DNA from: Methanotrichaceae archaeon
GTDB lineage: Archaea > Halobacteriota > Methanosarcinia > Methanotrichales > Methanotrichaceae
Assembly: GCA_963803145.1 (NCBI GenBank)
Contig: CAWDLW010000042.1
Span: 1-64,000, forward strand
Length of the DNA stretch: 64,000 bases
Direction of reading: 5' to 3'
Shown: one piece after another, positions 1-9,488 of the stretch
Layout of the letters: the number at the start of each line of letters is the position of its first letter
How positions within the stretch are numbered: position 1 is the first letter of the stretch
Translations under genes and position numbers: made by a program
The notes under the pieces: generated by a model
Databases searched by the model: none
Seen by the model: the letters and a program-made list of their open reading frames with translations, nothing else
What the model was told of the DNA's origin: nothing

Positions 1-47
1 AGGAAACCGCTAGTTTTAAACCCAGAAGAAAGTATAGGCTTTGAATT
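1..47 (+). repeat. Dispersed ~55-bp repeat, copy 1 (partial at window edge)
   Basis: AGGAAACCGCTAGTTTTAAACCCAGAAGAAAGTATAGGCTTTGAATT aligns with the copy at 137-190 and the IS110-split copy at 1717-1738/3271-3306. Confidence 0.75.
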
Positions 48-136
48 ATATTAGTCAGCACAAACGCAAAACTAGAATGATTCCGCAATGTACGCTCTTA
101 AAATTGCAATCACTTGAAGCACGCGCGGCAACTGAG

Positions 137-190
137 CGCGCTAGAAAGGCCGTTAGTTTTAGCCCCAGAAGAAGTGTAAGCTCTTGAATT
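137..190 (+). repeat. Dispersed ~55-bp repeat, copy 2 (empty IS110 target site)
   Basis: GCGCGCTAGAAAGGCCGTTAGTTTTAGCCCCAGAAGAAGTGTAAGCTCTTGAATT; closely matches the joined flanks of the IS110. Confidence 0.8.
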
Positions 191-314
191 CGCTCCTAAT
201 GCGGAACTAAGTGTGCTTTAATAGCGATCATTTTTTAAGAGTCGATTGTTGCACAAATTCTCTGGGCCGTAACATCCGAAGCCTTGATCTATTCAAAAGG
301 CGAAATTACTGCGA

Positions 315-605
315 ATGTATCAGAGCGACCTCCTAAAATCCAGGCGTGAGGAGATCCTGCAGATAGCCGCCAAGCACGGTGCCTATAACTTGCGCATCTT
401 CGGCTCCGTAGCCCGAGGCGAGGCCGACTCCAATAGCGATGTAGATCTTCTGGTGGAGTTTAAAAGAGGCACTACTTTGCTCGGCCATGCTGCTCTAGAG
501 CAGGAGCTGGAGGAGCTTTTGGGCATTAAAGTGGACGTAGTTAGCGAGCGTGGTCTGCGAGATAGGATCAGGGACCGCGTCCTTCGTGAGGCGGTAGCCA
601 TTTGA
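315..605 (+). CDS. Minimal nucleotidyltransferase (MNT) antitoxin
   Basis: 96 aa with FGSVARG...SDVDLLV and VDVV motifs; followed by a HEPN start. Confidence 0.9.
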   Translation: MYQSDLLKSRREEILQIAAKHGAYNLRIFGSVARGEADSNSDVDLLVEFKRGTTLLGHAALEQELEELLGIKVDVVSERGLRDRIRDRVLREAVAI

Positions 606-703
606 GGGATGATCGACTAAGGCTGTTGGATATACTAGAGGCCATAGAAAAGATTGAGAAGTATGCGGCCAAAGGCTTACTCAAGGTTTTTCAGGTGGTC
701 TAA
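602..703 (+). pseudogene. Truncated HEPN/DUF86 toxin
   Basis: TTG start overlaps the MNT stop; MRDDRLRLLDILEAIEKIEKY is a DUF86-like N-terminus; stops after 33 codons with no RxxxxH motif. Confidence 0.75.
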
Positions 704-841
704 GAATTCTTTCTTTGTTTTGAAGGTCTTATCTATACCAGCATCCGCCTGCTTGAGGCCTCTTCGAACACCCGCCTCAAATACTTGCAGCGCTGCCTCA
801 TTAGTATCTACAGCTACAGCCTTCTCCTCATCTCCTGCCAT
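677..841 (-). CDS. Small antitoxin-like protein (54 aa)
   Basis: Manual translation MAGDEEKAVA...GVRRGLKQADAGIDKTFKTKKEFLDHLKNLE; C-terminus resembles RelB/ParD-like antitoxins. Confidence 0.45.
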   Translation of the reverse strand: MAGDEEKAVAVDTNEAALQVFEAGVRRGLKQADAGIDKTFKTKKEFLDHLKNLE

Positions 842-1148
842 GATTATATCTTCTTATGTGAGATGAAATAGATTTCGATATGGAGAGAATGGTGCCACTC
901 CTGAGCATGGATCATCTCACCTTGGATAAAAATCTTATAAGGAGAAATCCTAAATAAACATGAAATGACACAAGAAGCAAAGGCCGAAATTCTTGTCATG
1001 ATTGTAATCGTTTTGCTGTTACTGTTCCTCAGAATGATGCACGGCACTGATTCAATGATAATGCCATGAGGGATCTTCAAGCTTAAAATCACGGTCCCGA
1101 GCATTTTGGATGCTATGATGCGTTAAAATTAGAGTCAAGTATATCATC

Positions 1149-1292
1149 TTAAAGCCCTCCTATCGATTTTCGTCCAGATTCTTCCTTGACTGCCATAGGA
1201 ACAAATAGCGCCGAGAAATCCGTGAGAGTGTCCAGCGCTTCCAGCTCTGCAAGATGGATAAGAGGCCCTGCATCCAGAACGGCTTCATTCAT
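1149..1292 (-). pseudogene. Truncated PIN (DUF3368-like) toxin
   Basis: MNEAVLDAGPLIHLAELEALD...VPMAVKEE is a PIN N-terminus; stops at 47 aa; overlaps the upstream antitoxin. Confidence 0.7.
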
Positions 1293-1485
1293 TTCCGTGA
1301 AGTCCCCATTCGACATCCTCCCGAATGAAACGCTTCATCAGTTCATCCCGATGAGTTTCCAGATAGCGACGCAGGGCCTCGACGACCAGACTGTTGATAT
1401 CTGGAAACCATCCCGCCTGTATCTGTTCCTGGGCTTGTTTGGCCAAACCTGATGGCAGGAATATCGTTGTCTTTACTTCAGACAT
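1285..1485 (-). CDS. CopG/RHH-like antitoxin
   Basis: 66 aa, beta-alpha-alpha pattern, translationally coupled to the PIN fragment. Confidence 0.7.
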   Translation of the reverse strand: MSEVKTTIFLPSGLAKQAQEQIQAGWFPDINSLVVEALRRYLETHRDELMKRFIREDVEWGLHGNE

Positions 1486-1776
1486 GCTATTGTATTCGAT
1501 GTTTTATCAGTTGAATTTTTTGATGGACTGTGAAAATGCTTAAGACCATTATGCCCGGCTAATGATATCGATTTGTGATAGGCCGCATTTATTGTATTAA
1601 ATTCCTCTTCAACGTTACGCGGAATCGTTCATCTTATCCTCATCAACCATATAGCCAATGTTTCCAAAACCTTCCCCCAGCGAGGGGCTAGGGGCAGCCC
1701 GCCAGGGCGTTTGAGGGCGCTAGGAAAACCGTTAGTTTCCCATGAAAAACCTTCATCAATTAAAAGAAATGGGGTG

Positions 1777-3036
1777 CTATCCACCCCCTACCGAATGTCT
1801 ATTCTTCAAGTGATAAAAGGCGTCTACGATAGCAGCCACTCCATCCTTTAATCGGTCATCTTTTGATAGATAGAGGAGGTCCCTTTTGACTGGTTTTGAT
1901 GCAGCTGTAGTGCAGTTGTTCTCTTGATATAGCTCTTGATTGATCAGCAGATGATAAATTATTGTGATTAATTTCCGTGCTAAAGCAGTGATCGCTACAT
2001 TGTAACTCTTTCTGGCCGATAATCTATGGAAGTACCTTGAGAGCTTGTTCTTGTTATTTCTCATCTTAGCTATCACTTGAGCTATCTCGACAAGCATAGT
2101 TCTGAGACTCTTGGACCCCTGTTTCGTAATACCACATTGCTTCTTTTTCCCTGCAGATTCGTGTAGTCCAGGAACCAATCCACACCATTTAGCGATTTGT
2201 TCTGGGGTTTGGAAATCGTGATAGTCACCGATTTCTGCCAAGATGGTCGACCCTGATCTAAAACTTATTCCTGGAATTGACATAACTATTGCCAGATCTT
2301 TAGCGCTTTTCTGAAATTTGCTAAGCACTTCAAGACTTGTTTTATCTATCTTCTTTTTCAGAAGATCAAGGAGCTCTAGATTATCCTTAACAAGCATTCT
2401 CGAAGTATCATCAAGACCGTTTGCAAGAGCCGCTTTGATGACGTCTCGCTTTTTCTTGATCTTCTTTGAAGTGATGCTGTCCAGGATCGAGTCTGCATCC
2501 TTGCCTTCAACCAGGCCGTCCAAGATAATCCTGCCTGATTTTCCAAAGGTGTCTGAAATACAAGAACTCAGCTTTATGCCGCAAAGTGCTAGATACTTAT
2601 GAACTCTGTTTCTAAGTTGAGTTTGAGTCTTTATATATCCTGATCTGGCACGGGTCATCATTCTGAGGGCTCTATCCTCATTGGAAAAGACTCTTGATCT
2701 CTTGATTTTGCCATCCAAGCAGTTACCTGCAATCCTCTTAGCGTCATGAGAATCCGACTTATCCCCTACAAGTCCTTTGACCATCCATGGATTTGCTACA
2801 ATTGTATCAATAGAGGGACTCAGGCAATCGTATACTGGAAACCAGTAAACACCTGTAGCTTCGAATGCTACTTGCTCGCAATTATTGGCTATGAGCCAAT
2901 TCCTGAATCTCTCTAGCTCAGAACGAGTCGTGCCAAACTGTTCCTGGATTTCAGTCCCATCTGCATCTTCGATCGTGGCTACTATGAGATCTTTATGGAC
3001 ATCTGCTCCGCAAACTCTATCTCTTCGTTTGCCCAT
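1777..3036 (-). CDS. IS110 DEDD transposase/recombinase
   Basis: GADVHK, FEATGVYW, KSDSHDA (DEDD), and GLVPGLHESAG carrying the catalytic Ser. Confidence 0.95.
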   Translation of the reverse strand: MGKRRDRVCGADVHKDLIVATIEDADGTEIQEQFGTTRSELERFRNWLIANNCEQVAFEATGVYWFPVYDCLSPSIDTIVANPWMVKGLVGDKSDSHDAKRIAGNCLDGKIKRSRVFSNEDRALRMMTRARSGYIKTQTQLRNRVHKYLALCGIKLSSCISDTFGKSGRIILDGLVEGKDADSILDSITSKKIKKKRDVIKAALANGLDDTSRMLVKDNLELLDLLKKKIDKTSLEVLSKFQKSAKDLAIVMSIPGISFRSGSTILAEIGDYHDFQTPEQIAKWCGLVPGLHESAGKKKQCGITKQGSKSLRTMLVEIAQVIAKMRNNKNKLSRYFHRLSARKSYNVAITALARKLITIIYHLLINQELYQENNCTTAASKPVKRDLLYLSKDDRLKDGVAAIVDAFYHLKNRHSVGGG

Positions 3037-3270
3037 ATATGTCGCTATCCTGATATGGGCAGATGATTAAGATTAAACCCTCATAAGGGGCAATTTCCCA
3101 TACGCGTTCAACGACGCAGCCCCGTATTCGCGGGATTATTGGCCAGTTTTAGCCGCGAGATCATGATCTCAAAATTAAAGCTGCCTTCACTGCCCATATC
3201 AGACTAAACATAGTTGGCCATGAATGTGAGGTTTTTCATCCGCCACGTATGACCCTTAAGGATCATGGGC
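3037..3270 (-). ncRNA. Candidate IS110 bridge/seek RNA region
   Basis: 234-nt non-coding end; perfect 13-bp stem 3050-3062/3190-3202; AGTTTTAGCC (3145-3154) is identical to the target around the core. Confidence 0.6.
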
Positions 3271-3369
3271 GTTTTAGCCCCAGAAGAAAGTGTAGGCTCT
3301 CGAATTAGAATAGCAAATCCTAATGCTGAATCAAATTGAGTGTATACTCTTTAGCCACTACTCTTCCGT

Positions 3370-3660
3370 CATAGTCATCTAAAATAACCAAGTCTGCTTT
3401 CTGCTCCAGGGCTAGCATGATTGATGCAGTTTCGCCTTCATCAAGCATCAGCATTAATGCCCTTTTGAGAGGTGGATAAGGGGAGAAGAGTTACAGACCA
3501 CCTTTAGCAAATCCCAAATCCTCCTCAAACTCCTCGGCTGTATAATGTCTCTCGATTTTTCTCTTACCTAACTCATCCAAAAACTCTCGCTTAGAGATCC
3601 CTGCAAGTCTCCTGGCGGGGCCCATAGCAAGTATTCTATCTGTATCCCGCATGACCAATA
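3370..3660 (-). pseudogene. UPF0175 antitoxin remnant plus internally deleted DUF3368 PIN toxin
   Basis: ARRLAGISKREFLDELGKRKIERHY (UPF0175 C-terminus), then fragments NSSPLIHLSK and LDEGETASIMLALEQKADLVILDD. Confidence 0.65.
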
Positions 3661-4035
3661 TCGCATGTGCCATCTGAAGATTTTCATTCCTGACGATCTT
3701 GAGGTGCAGATCAAGGCCACTGGAAGGTCCACCCAGAAGGTCATATTGGATCTCATAAGAGATCGCTTCCAAGGAGTATGCCCAACCCAATGAAGATGTA
3801 GCGCCAGAGGGCACGCAAGCTCAAAACCTGGCCAAAGTGCAGGAGAAAGCAAAACATTAGGCACAGCGCGCTAAGATGGATCAGCCCCTAGCTAATGAAT
3901 CAAAGCTGCGGGTTCGTTCTATGAAGCATTACCACCTGATGAGACATTCGTTACTAAAAAAATGATGGTCGCTGTTCTGGGACTATACAATATTTAGTTG
4001 CTAGCTATGATTATTGCCATTATTTCAAGTGGCGC

Positions 4036-6240
4036 TCACCACGGTTTGGATATCTGAACCACCAATGCACTTGAATATTCTGATGTTGCACCTTTGCTAT
4101 CTGCAGCCATGGCCTTAACCTGGAATGTTCCCTCTTTGGTCCATCTATGATATGCGAATGCCTCTGTTCCAGAGTCGACCAGACGTGTTGTAAATGTTGT
4201 GCCGTCTCCCCAGTTGAAGGTATATTTGATTTTGCTTCCCTCGGGATCTGTGGATGATGTCGTATACCTGTAGAGTGTTCTTATCTTACCCGAAACAGGT
4301 CCTGAAGGTTCGGATGGCGTATTTGGAGGCGCTTTTGTGAAGACAGCTATAAAAGCGTCGTAGTATCCTGCATTTGCGGGTTGATATGCATTTTTGGTCG
4401 GGAAGTTGGTCGAATTCGTCCATCCTGTAATGTAAGCGTTACCGCCGTGATCTATGGCTATGCCAGTGCCCCAATCGGGTCCGCTACCACCCAGATAAGT
4501 GGAGTAGACCAGTTTGTTCCCTACAGGGCTCAGCTTGGTGACAAAAACGTCGAAGTACCCTGCAAACGTGTCCTGGTATGGGTTTTTGGTCGGGAAGTTG
4601 GCCGAAGGTGTTTCTCCTGTAACATAAGCGTTACCGCTGCTGTCTACGGCTATGCCATTGTCATTTTCGCAGATGCTACCGCCCAGATAAGTAGAGTAAA
4701 CCAGTTTATTCCCTGCAGGGCTCAGCTTGGTGACAAAAACGTCGGAGCATCCTGCATTCGCGGCCTGGTATGCATTTTTAATCGGGAAGTTGATCGAACC
4801 CGTCTCTCCTGCAACATAAGCGTTACCGCTGCTGTCTAAAGCTATGCCATAGCCTTCTTCGTCTCCGCTACCGCCCAGATAAGTGGAGTAGACCAGTTTA
4901 TTCCCTGCAGGGCTCAGCTTAGTGACAAAAGCGTCGAAATCTCCAGCTTTTGCGGCCTGGTATGCATTTTTGGTCGGGAAGTTGGTCGAATTCGTCCAGC
5001 CTGAAACATAAGCGTTACCGCTGCTGTCTATGGCTATGCCCCAGCCAAGGTCGTCACCGCTACCGCCCAGATAAGTGGAGTAGACCAGTTTATTCCCTGC
5101 AGGGCTCAGCTTGGCTACAAAAGCGTCATCTTTTCCAGCATTTGCGGCCTGGTACGCATTTTTGGTCGGGAAGTTGGTCGAATTCGTCCAGCCTGAAACA
5201 TAAGCGTTACCGCTGCTGTCCATGACTATGCCATTGCTGTTGTCAACGCCGCTACCGCCCAGATAAGTGGAGTAGACCAGTTCATTCCCTGCAGGACTCA
5301 GCTTGGTGACAAAAGCGTCGCGTCCTCCTGCATTTGTGGCCTGGTATGCATTTTTGGTCGGGAAGTTGGTCGAATTCGTGTCTCCTGTAATATAAGCGTT
5401 ACCGCTGCTGTCTAAAGCTATGCCATCGCCATAATCATTACCCTTACCACCTAGATAGGTAGAATATCTCAGCAGGGGATCTATCACCAGAGGCAGGCTC
5501 TGGTTGTAATTGCTGATCTCAAACCCTATACTTTTGGTGCCAATTCTTCGATACTTCCCCTCAATAATCGCCCTGCTCCCATTGATGTCCTGGTAGCAGA
5601 AGGGCGCAGAGTCTGTGAGGTTGCCTGCTGCAGTCTTGATCAGGATCGATCCATTTTTGTCGAGGCTCAGGTTATCCTGGCCGCTATAGGTCAGAACGAT
5701 TTTAGCCGGGTCCGCGCCGGGCTTCAGCTGCAGCTCATGTTTCAGGTTTCCTTCTGTGCCTTTGAAGACCAGATCGATTCCTGGATAAAGGTTCTCGTAC
5801 CTGATAGTGCTGTAAGTAGAAATGTCTGTGACCCATTTTGATGAGTTATTGCCGATGAAGAAGTTTGCTGTGCCGGGAAGTAGTCCTTCACCAGCTAATT
5901 GGCCCGGCTTTGCACCTTCAAAGCTCATTTTGACTATTGATGTATTGTTCTTCGAGGACAATGCAAATAGCACATTGGAAGGTGTAAAATAGATGGTCTC
6001 GTGCGATGCCTTGACCATGAACCTTACATCTCCGGAAACTTGCCCCTGATTCTCTATGAAACTGAGAGGCAGCTTCAGCATCTCTGCCCGAACAGATTCA
6101 TTATCGATTGCCGAGGTATTAATTAGCGTGTTGTTCGATTCAGTGTCATTCTGGGCAGGCTGGAAAGAGGCGCCTGCCAAAGCTGACCCCATGAGCAGCC
6201 AGATAAGGATCAGCGAAATCCCGCATATTTTAACTGCCAC
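4036..6240 (-). CDS. Secreted/cell-surface SBBP-repeat beta-propeller protein with C-terminal PKD-like domain
   Basis: Signal peptide; about six to seven YSTYLGG..D...GIA.DSSGNAY repeats; FNWGDG PKD motif. Confidence 0.9.
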   Translation of the reverse strand: MAVKICGISLILIWLLMGSALAGASFQPAQNDTESNNTLINTSAIDNESVRAEMLKLPLSFIENQGQVSGDVRFMVKASHETIYFTPSNVLFALSSKNNTSIVKMSFEGAKPGQLAGEGLLPGTANFFIGNNSSKWVTDISTYSTIRYENLYPGIDLVFKGTEGNLKHELQLKPGADPAKIVLTYSGQDNLSLDKNGSILIKTAAGNLTDSAPFCYQDINGSRAIIEGKYRRIGTKSIGFEISNYNQSLPLVIDPLLRYSTYLGGKGNDYGDGIALDSSGNAYITGDTNSTNFPTKNAYQATNAGGRDAFVTKLSPAGNELVYSTYLGGSGVDNSNGIVMDSSGNAYVSGWTNSTNFPTKNAYQAANAGKDDAFVAKLSPAGNKLVYSTYLGGSGDDLGWGIAIDSSGNAYVSGWTNSTNFPTKNAYQAAKAGDFDAFVTKLSPAGNKLVYSTYLGGSGDEEGYGIALDSSGNAYVAGETGSINFPIKNAYQAANAGCSDVFVTKLSPAGNKLVYSTYLGGSICENDNGIAVDSSGNAYVTGETPSANFPTKNPYQDTFAGYFDVFVTKLSPVGNKLVYSTYLGGSGPDWGTGIAIDHGGNAYITGWTNSTNFPTKNAYQPANAGYYDAFIAVFTKAPPNTPSEPSGPVSGKIRTLYRYTTSSTDPEGSKIKYTFNWGDGTTFTTRLVDSGTEAFAYHRWTKEGTFQVKAMAADSKGATSEYSSALVVQISKPW

Positions 6241-6733
6241 ACGTCTCTCCTTTGATTCGCAATTTTTTAAGACTCATACATCATTGGCAATTACAGTATT
6301 TAAATTATTTGTATGTTTTTAGCTGTCCCCTAATCGGTTGATAATGCAGCCATCAAGAAAGCTTTTCAGCTAGCGGATATGCTGCCTGGCGAGCATAAAT
6401 CCAGACAAAGGGATATCGAGCTGCAGAACCAGTTCACACTTGGCGAGTTCTAATCTCCCCAAAGGAAGCTTTTTAGTTGTCAATGAATCCTAATTATCCA
6501 AACCAATTGATTCAGCCTGACTCATCTACCAATTGATCGTTGAATAATTTCCTTCTTCCAGCTGGAAGAATTATCCTTCATTTGTATGTTATTCATACTT
6601 TATTTTATAATAATATGGTGTTTTGTCATTTATTCACCCCAAAACTACTTATTCTTACGCGTAGAATAAACATACTATGGCAGGAGTCCTTGAGCAGATA
6701 AGGAGACCCAGGAGAATGGGTTGTGTATGTGAC

Positions 6734-7498
6734 CTATTGAAATGGGATCCTCCAAGTCATTAACTCCTTCATAGTCCAAATATGGTCGGTAATCAATTCA
6801 ACCATCGCAGGCGTTCGAGGGATCCATTTTTTAGGATTCAGAGCGAATCCCACTTCTTCCATGTCAAGGTTTATCTCAATTTTTAAAGAATCATGCGGCT
6901 TAACGAAGTTGTACCAAGCTTGGAAAAAGTCTATTGCGCCGGTATGAATTTGCCTATCTTTACTAAAGTTCATAGACTCACGTATAAACCTGGCCAGATA
7001 ATTCCTGAAAGTGAGATTCATTCGTTCGACGTAGGATGTCTGGATATGTTCTTTCGATGTTGGGCAAAGCAGTTCAAGCACATCTTTCGGGTCACCATAT
7101 ACAATCCGTTCAAATGTGTTAACCACTTCATCATTCTTTTTATTTTTCACAATTTGAGCATATTTAAGGTCAGGAGGAGGAACAAGTATAGGATTTGGTT
7201 TTCTGCCTAGTCCTTTGTATTCAGGCGTCTCCTTGACACCGTAGACTTCAAGGAGGGCATTGGAAAATGGATCCCAATCATCGGAAACGAATACCGGAAG
7301 AGGTGTGCCTGTCGCCCGTCTATGTTCTAAGTCACTAAATAAGGCAGTTGCATCTTCTATAGTTCGGCCACCTTCATGATGGCAGATTAGTAACCTTGAT
7401 TCAGCATTTATTGCTGTCAGACTATATACGTCACCAACGTCTTTTGAGTCATAGCTACTTACATTTTTTTGTTTTTTTACAAAATGACCATATTTCAT
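6734..7498 (-). CDS. IS1-family transposase orfB (DDE)
   Basis: FVSDDW, TSYVERMNLTFR, YNFVKPH, TPAM. Confidence 0.85.
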   Translation of the reverse strand: MKYGHFVKKQKNVSSYDSKDVGDVYSLTAINAESRLLICHHEGGRTIEDATALFSDLEHRRATGTPLPVFVSDDWDPFSNALLEVYGVKETPEYKGLGRKPNPILVPPPDLKYAQIVKNKKNDEVVNTFERIVYGDPKDVLELLCPTSKEHIQTSYVERMNLTFRNYLARFIRESMNFSKDRQIHTGAIDFFQAWYNFVKPHDSLKIEINLDMEEVGFALNPKKWIPRTPAMVELITDHIWTMKELMTWRIPFQ

Positions 7499-7871
7499 CT
7501 ATCTGCACTTGTGTAAGATGAAGATGGTTCAGGAAGTAATCATTGACCTCTTTGCAATGATCCGCTGCCCTTTTGAGCCATCGGCAGATTGTATTTTTAT
7601 CATGACCTGTAGATCTTGCAACACCACGAATACTGCCTTTTTCTACCAATTGGGCCAGGACATCTAAGACTTCCTCATCTGATGTGCTTAAACCGAAAAA
7701 TATTGTTCCGCGAGTCTCGCTGAAACAATGACCACATGTTCTACACTTCAAGAGCGCACGGTTGTTCTTTCCATAGTGATCTTTTATCACTATGTTGCCT
7801 TTATCGTTTATGCCATAATCCTGGCAGCCTTCATGATGGCACCAGTAATCGGACAATGTAATATCAGACAT
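7455..7871 (-). CDS. IS1-family transposase orfA (Zn finger, HTH, first catalytic Asp)
   Basis: C-x4-C...CxxC, GSIRGVARSTGH HTH, QIDEIWSF. Confidence 0.85.
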   Translation of the reverse strand: MSDITLSDYWCHHEGCQDYGINDKGNIVIKDHYGKNNRALLKCRTCGHCFSETRGTIFFGLSTSDEEVLDVLAQLVEKGSIRGVARSTGHDKNTICRWLKRAADHCKEVNDYFLNHLHLTQVQIDEIWSFCKKTKKCK

Positions 7872-7943
7872 TTTTGATACATCCCTTTTAAAGAATGTAT
7901 CATTATAAACATATAACTATTTCATCGGAACGCATACACGACC

Positions 7944-9488
7944 CTCGTTGGACTGGCCAGCGTATTGCAGGCCAATTCGTTGAAAATCGATTCTTCATTT
8001 CAAGCAATCGTTCCCAAGGATATACAGTTCACATGGCCCCTTTATTTGCCGTACCTCTTGGCAGGGGCAACATATATTCTCCTGGTTTGGAGCTACAATC
8101 ACCCCCTCCCAATCAGTCTCTCAGTTTTATCGTGGGGAGTAGGTGGCATCATCGGCTTGATAATCGTTCGCCAAATCGCGGCTTTGAAAGAGAACGAACG
8201 GTTTTATAAGGCGACTGTTCAGGAGATAGCGGAACGCAAACATGCCGAGAATGAGATCAGAAACCTGAACGAGGGACTCGAAGATCGGGTCGTCGAACGC
8301 ACGAAACAGCTTGAGTCTGCCAACAAGGAGCTGCAGAAGGCCAAGGAAGAAGCGGAGGCTGCAACTAGGGTCAAGTCAGAGTTTCTGGCGAACATGAGCC
8401 ACGAGATCCGAACTCCTATGAACGCAGTCGTGGGATTGACTGGTCTACTCATTGGAACAGATTTAACCAGAGAACAACGCGATTATGTTGAGACCATCAG
8501 AAGCAGCGGAGATGCTTTGTTATCGGTTATCAACGATATTCTGGACTTTTCAAAGATCGATAACGGCAAAATGGCGTTGGAGATCCAGCCCTTCGATATA
8601 AAAAGCTGCATAGAGGATTCCATTGATCTGTTATCTTCAAACGCGTCTCAGAAAGGCTTGAAGATGGCCTATACTATCGACAACAGTACACCAGAAACAA
8701 TCATGGGCGATCCCACCAGGCTACGCCAAATTTTGGCCAATTTGCTCAGCAACGCAGTTAAATTCACGAATTTTGGCGAGGTTGAGATCTCGGTTTCGAG
8801 CAAGAATCTCCAAGGCTGCGATTATGAAATCCACTTTAAAGTTAGGGACACAGGAATTGGAATTCCGGAAGATAAGATTGGCTGCCTGTTTCAATCCTTC
8901 AGCCAGGCCGACATCTCAACTTCACGAAAGTACGGAGGTACCGGCCTCGGCTTGGCCATAAGCAAGAGGCTTGTTGAGCTGATGGGTGGAATTATTTGGG
9001 TCGAATCCGAGTTGGGCAAAGGTTCAACCTTTCATTTTACGATATTGGCAGAAGCGACTTCCATCAATCATGGAGTTAGTAGGGAACAAGCCTTGCGGCC
9101 AGAGATCTACGTCCACAAAACACAGGATCGCCATCTTCGCATACTGCTAGCCGAGGACAATATAGTCAACCAGAAGGTAATCCTGCGGATGCTAAACAAG
9201 CTGGGATACCGCGCGGACGTATCTGCCAATGGGCTGGAGGTTTTGGCAGCCTTAGAACGTCAGCCTTACGATGTAGTTCTCATGGATGTCCAGATGCCGG
9301 AGATGGACGGCATCGAGGCAGCCAAGAAGATTTGCGAGAGATGGTCGGCAAGACCGAGGATTATCGCTATTACTGCCTATGCCCTACAGGGTGATCGGGA
9401 GAAATGCATCGCTGCAGGCATGGATGACTATATTACCAAACCGGTGAAGCTGGAAGAGTTGCGGACAGCATTGGAATCTCACGGCTAG
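7944..9488 (+). CDS. Hybrid sensor histidine kinase with receiver domain, 5'-truncated by the IS
   Basis: [15 protein letters not shown]-box, N/G boxes, receiver AEDN..MDVQMP..KP; frame is open back to the IS end; possible original ATG at 6677. Confidence 0.88.
   Translation, partial: LVGLASVLQANSLKIDSSFQAIVPKDIQFTWPLYLPYLLAGATYILLVWSYNHPLPISLSVLSWGVGGIIGLIIVRQIAALKENERFYKATVQEIAERKHAENEIRNLNEGLEDRVVERTKQLESANKELQKAKEEAEAATRVKSEFLANMSHEIRTPMNAVVGLTGLLIGTDLTREQRDYVETIRSSGDALLSVINDILDFSKIDNGKMALEIQPFDIKSCIEDSIDLLSSNASQKGLKMAYTIDNSTPETIMGDPTRLRQILANLLSNAVKFTNFGEVEISVSSKNLQGCDYEIHFKVRDTGIGIPEDKIGCLFQSFSQADISTSRKYGGTGLGLAISKRLVELMGGIIWVESELGKGSTFHFTILAEATSINHGVSREQALRPEIYVHKTQDRHLRILLAEDNIVNQKVILRMLNKLGYRADVSANGLEVLAALERQPYDVVLMDVQMPEMDGIEAAKKICERWSARPRIIAITAYALQGDREKCIAAGMDDYITKPVKLEELRTALESHG

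Larger units (their letters stand above)
1739..3274 (-). mobile_element. IS110-family element, ~1536 bp
   Basis: GTTT core at both junctions (1735-1738, 3271-3274); subterminal inverted repeats CCATGA (1739-1744) and TCATGG (3263-3268); flanks rejoin into the local repeat. Confidence 0.88.
6719..7943 (-). mobile_element. IS1-family element, copy 1
   Basis: Inverted repeats GGTTGTGTATGTGACC / GGTCGTGTATGCGTTCC; two overlapping ORFs; near-identical to 23145-24369; no target duplication. Confidence 0.9.

Noticed and set aside
1-190. CRISPR array or integron attC interpretation of the repeats
   Set aside because: Copies are degenerate, ~55 bp and irregularly spaced. Conservation continues well past the GTT, unlike attC, and no integrase is visible.
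4330-5470. Long near-identical DNA repeats (DGR or array candidate)
   Set aside because: Explained by SBBP protein repeats; no reverse transcriptase nearby.
6553-6570. 18-bp perfect palindrome TTCTTCCAGCTGGAAGAA
   Set aside because: Single occurrence; could be an operator but there is no supporting evidence.
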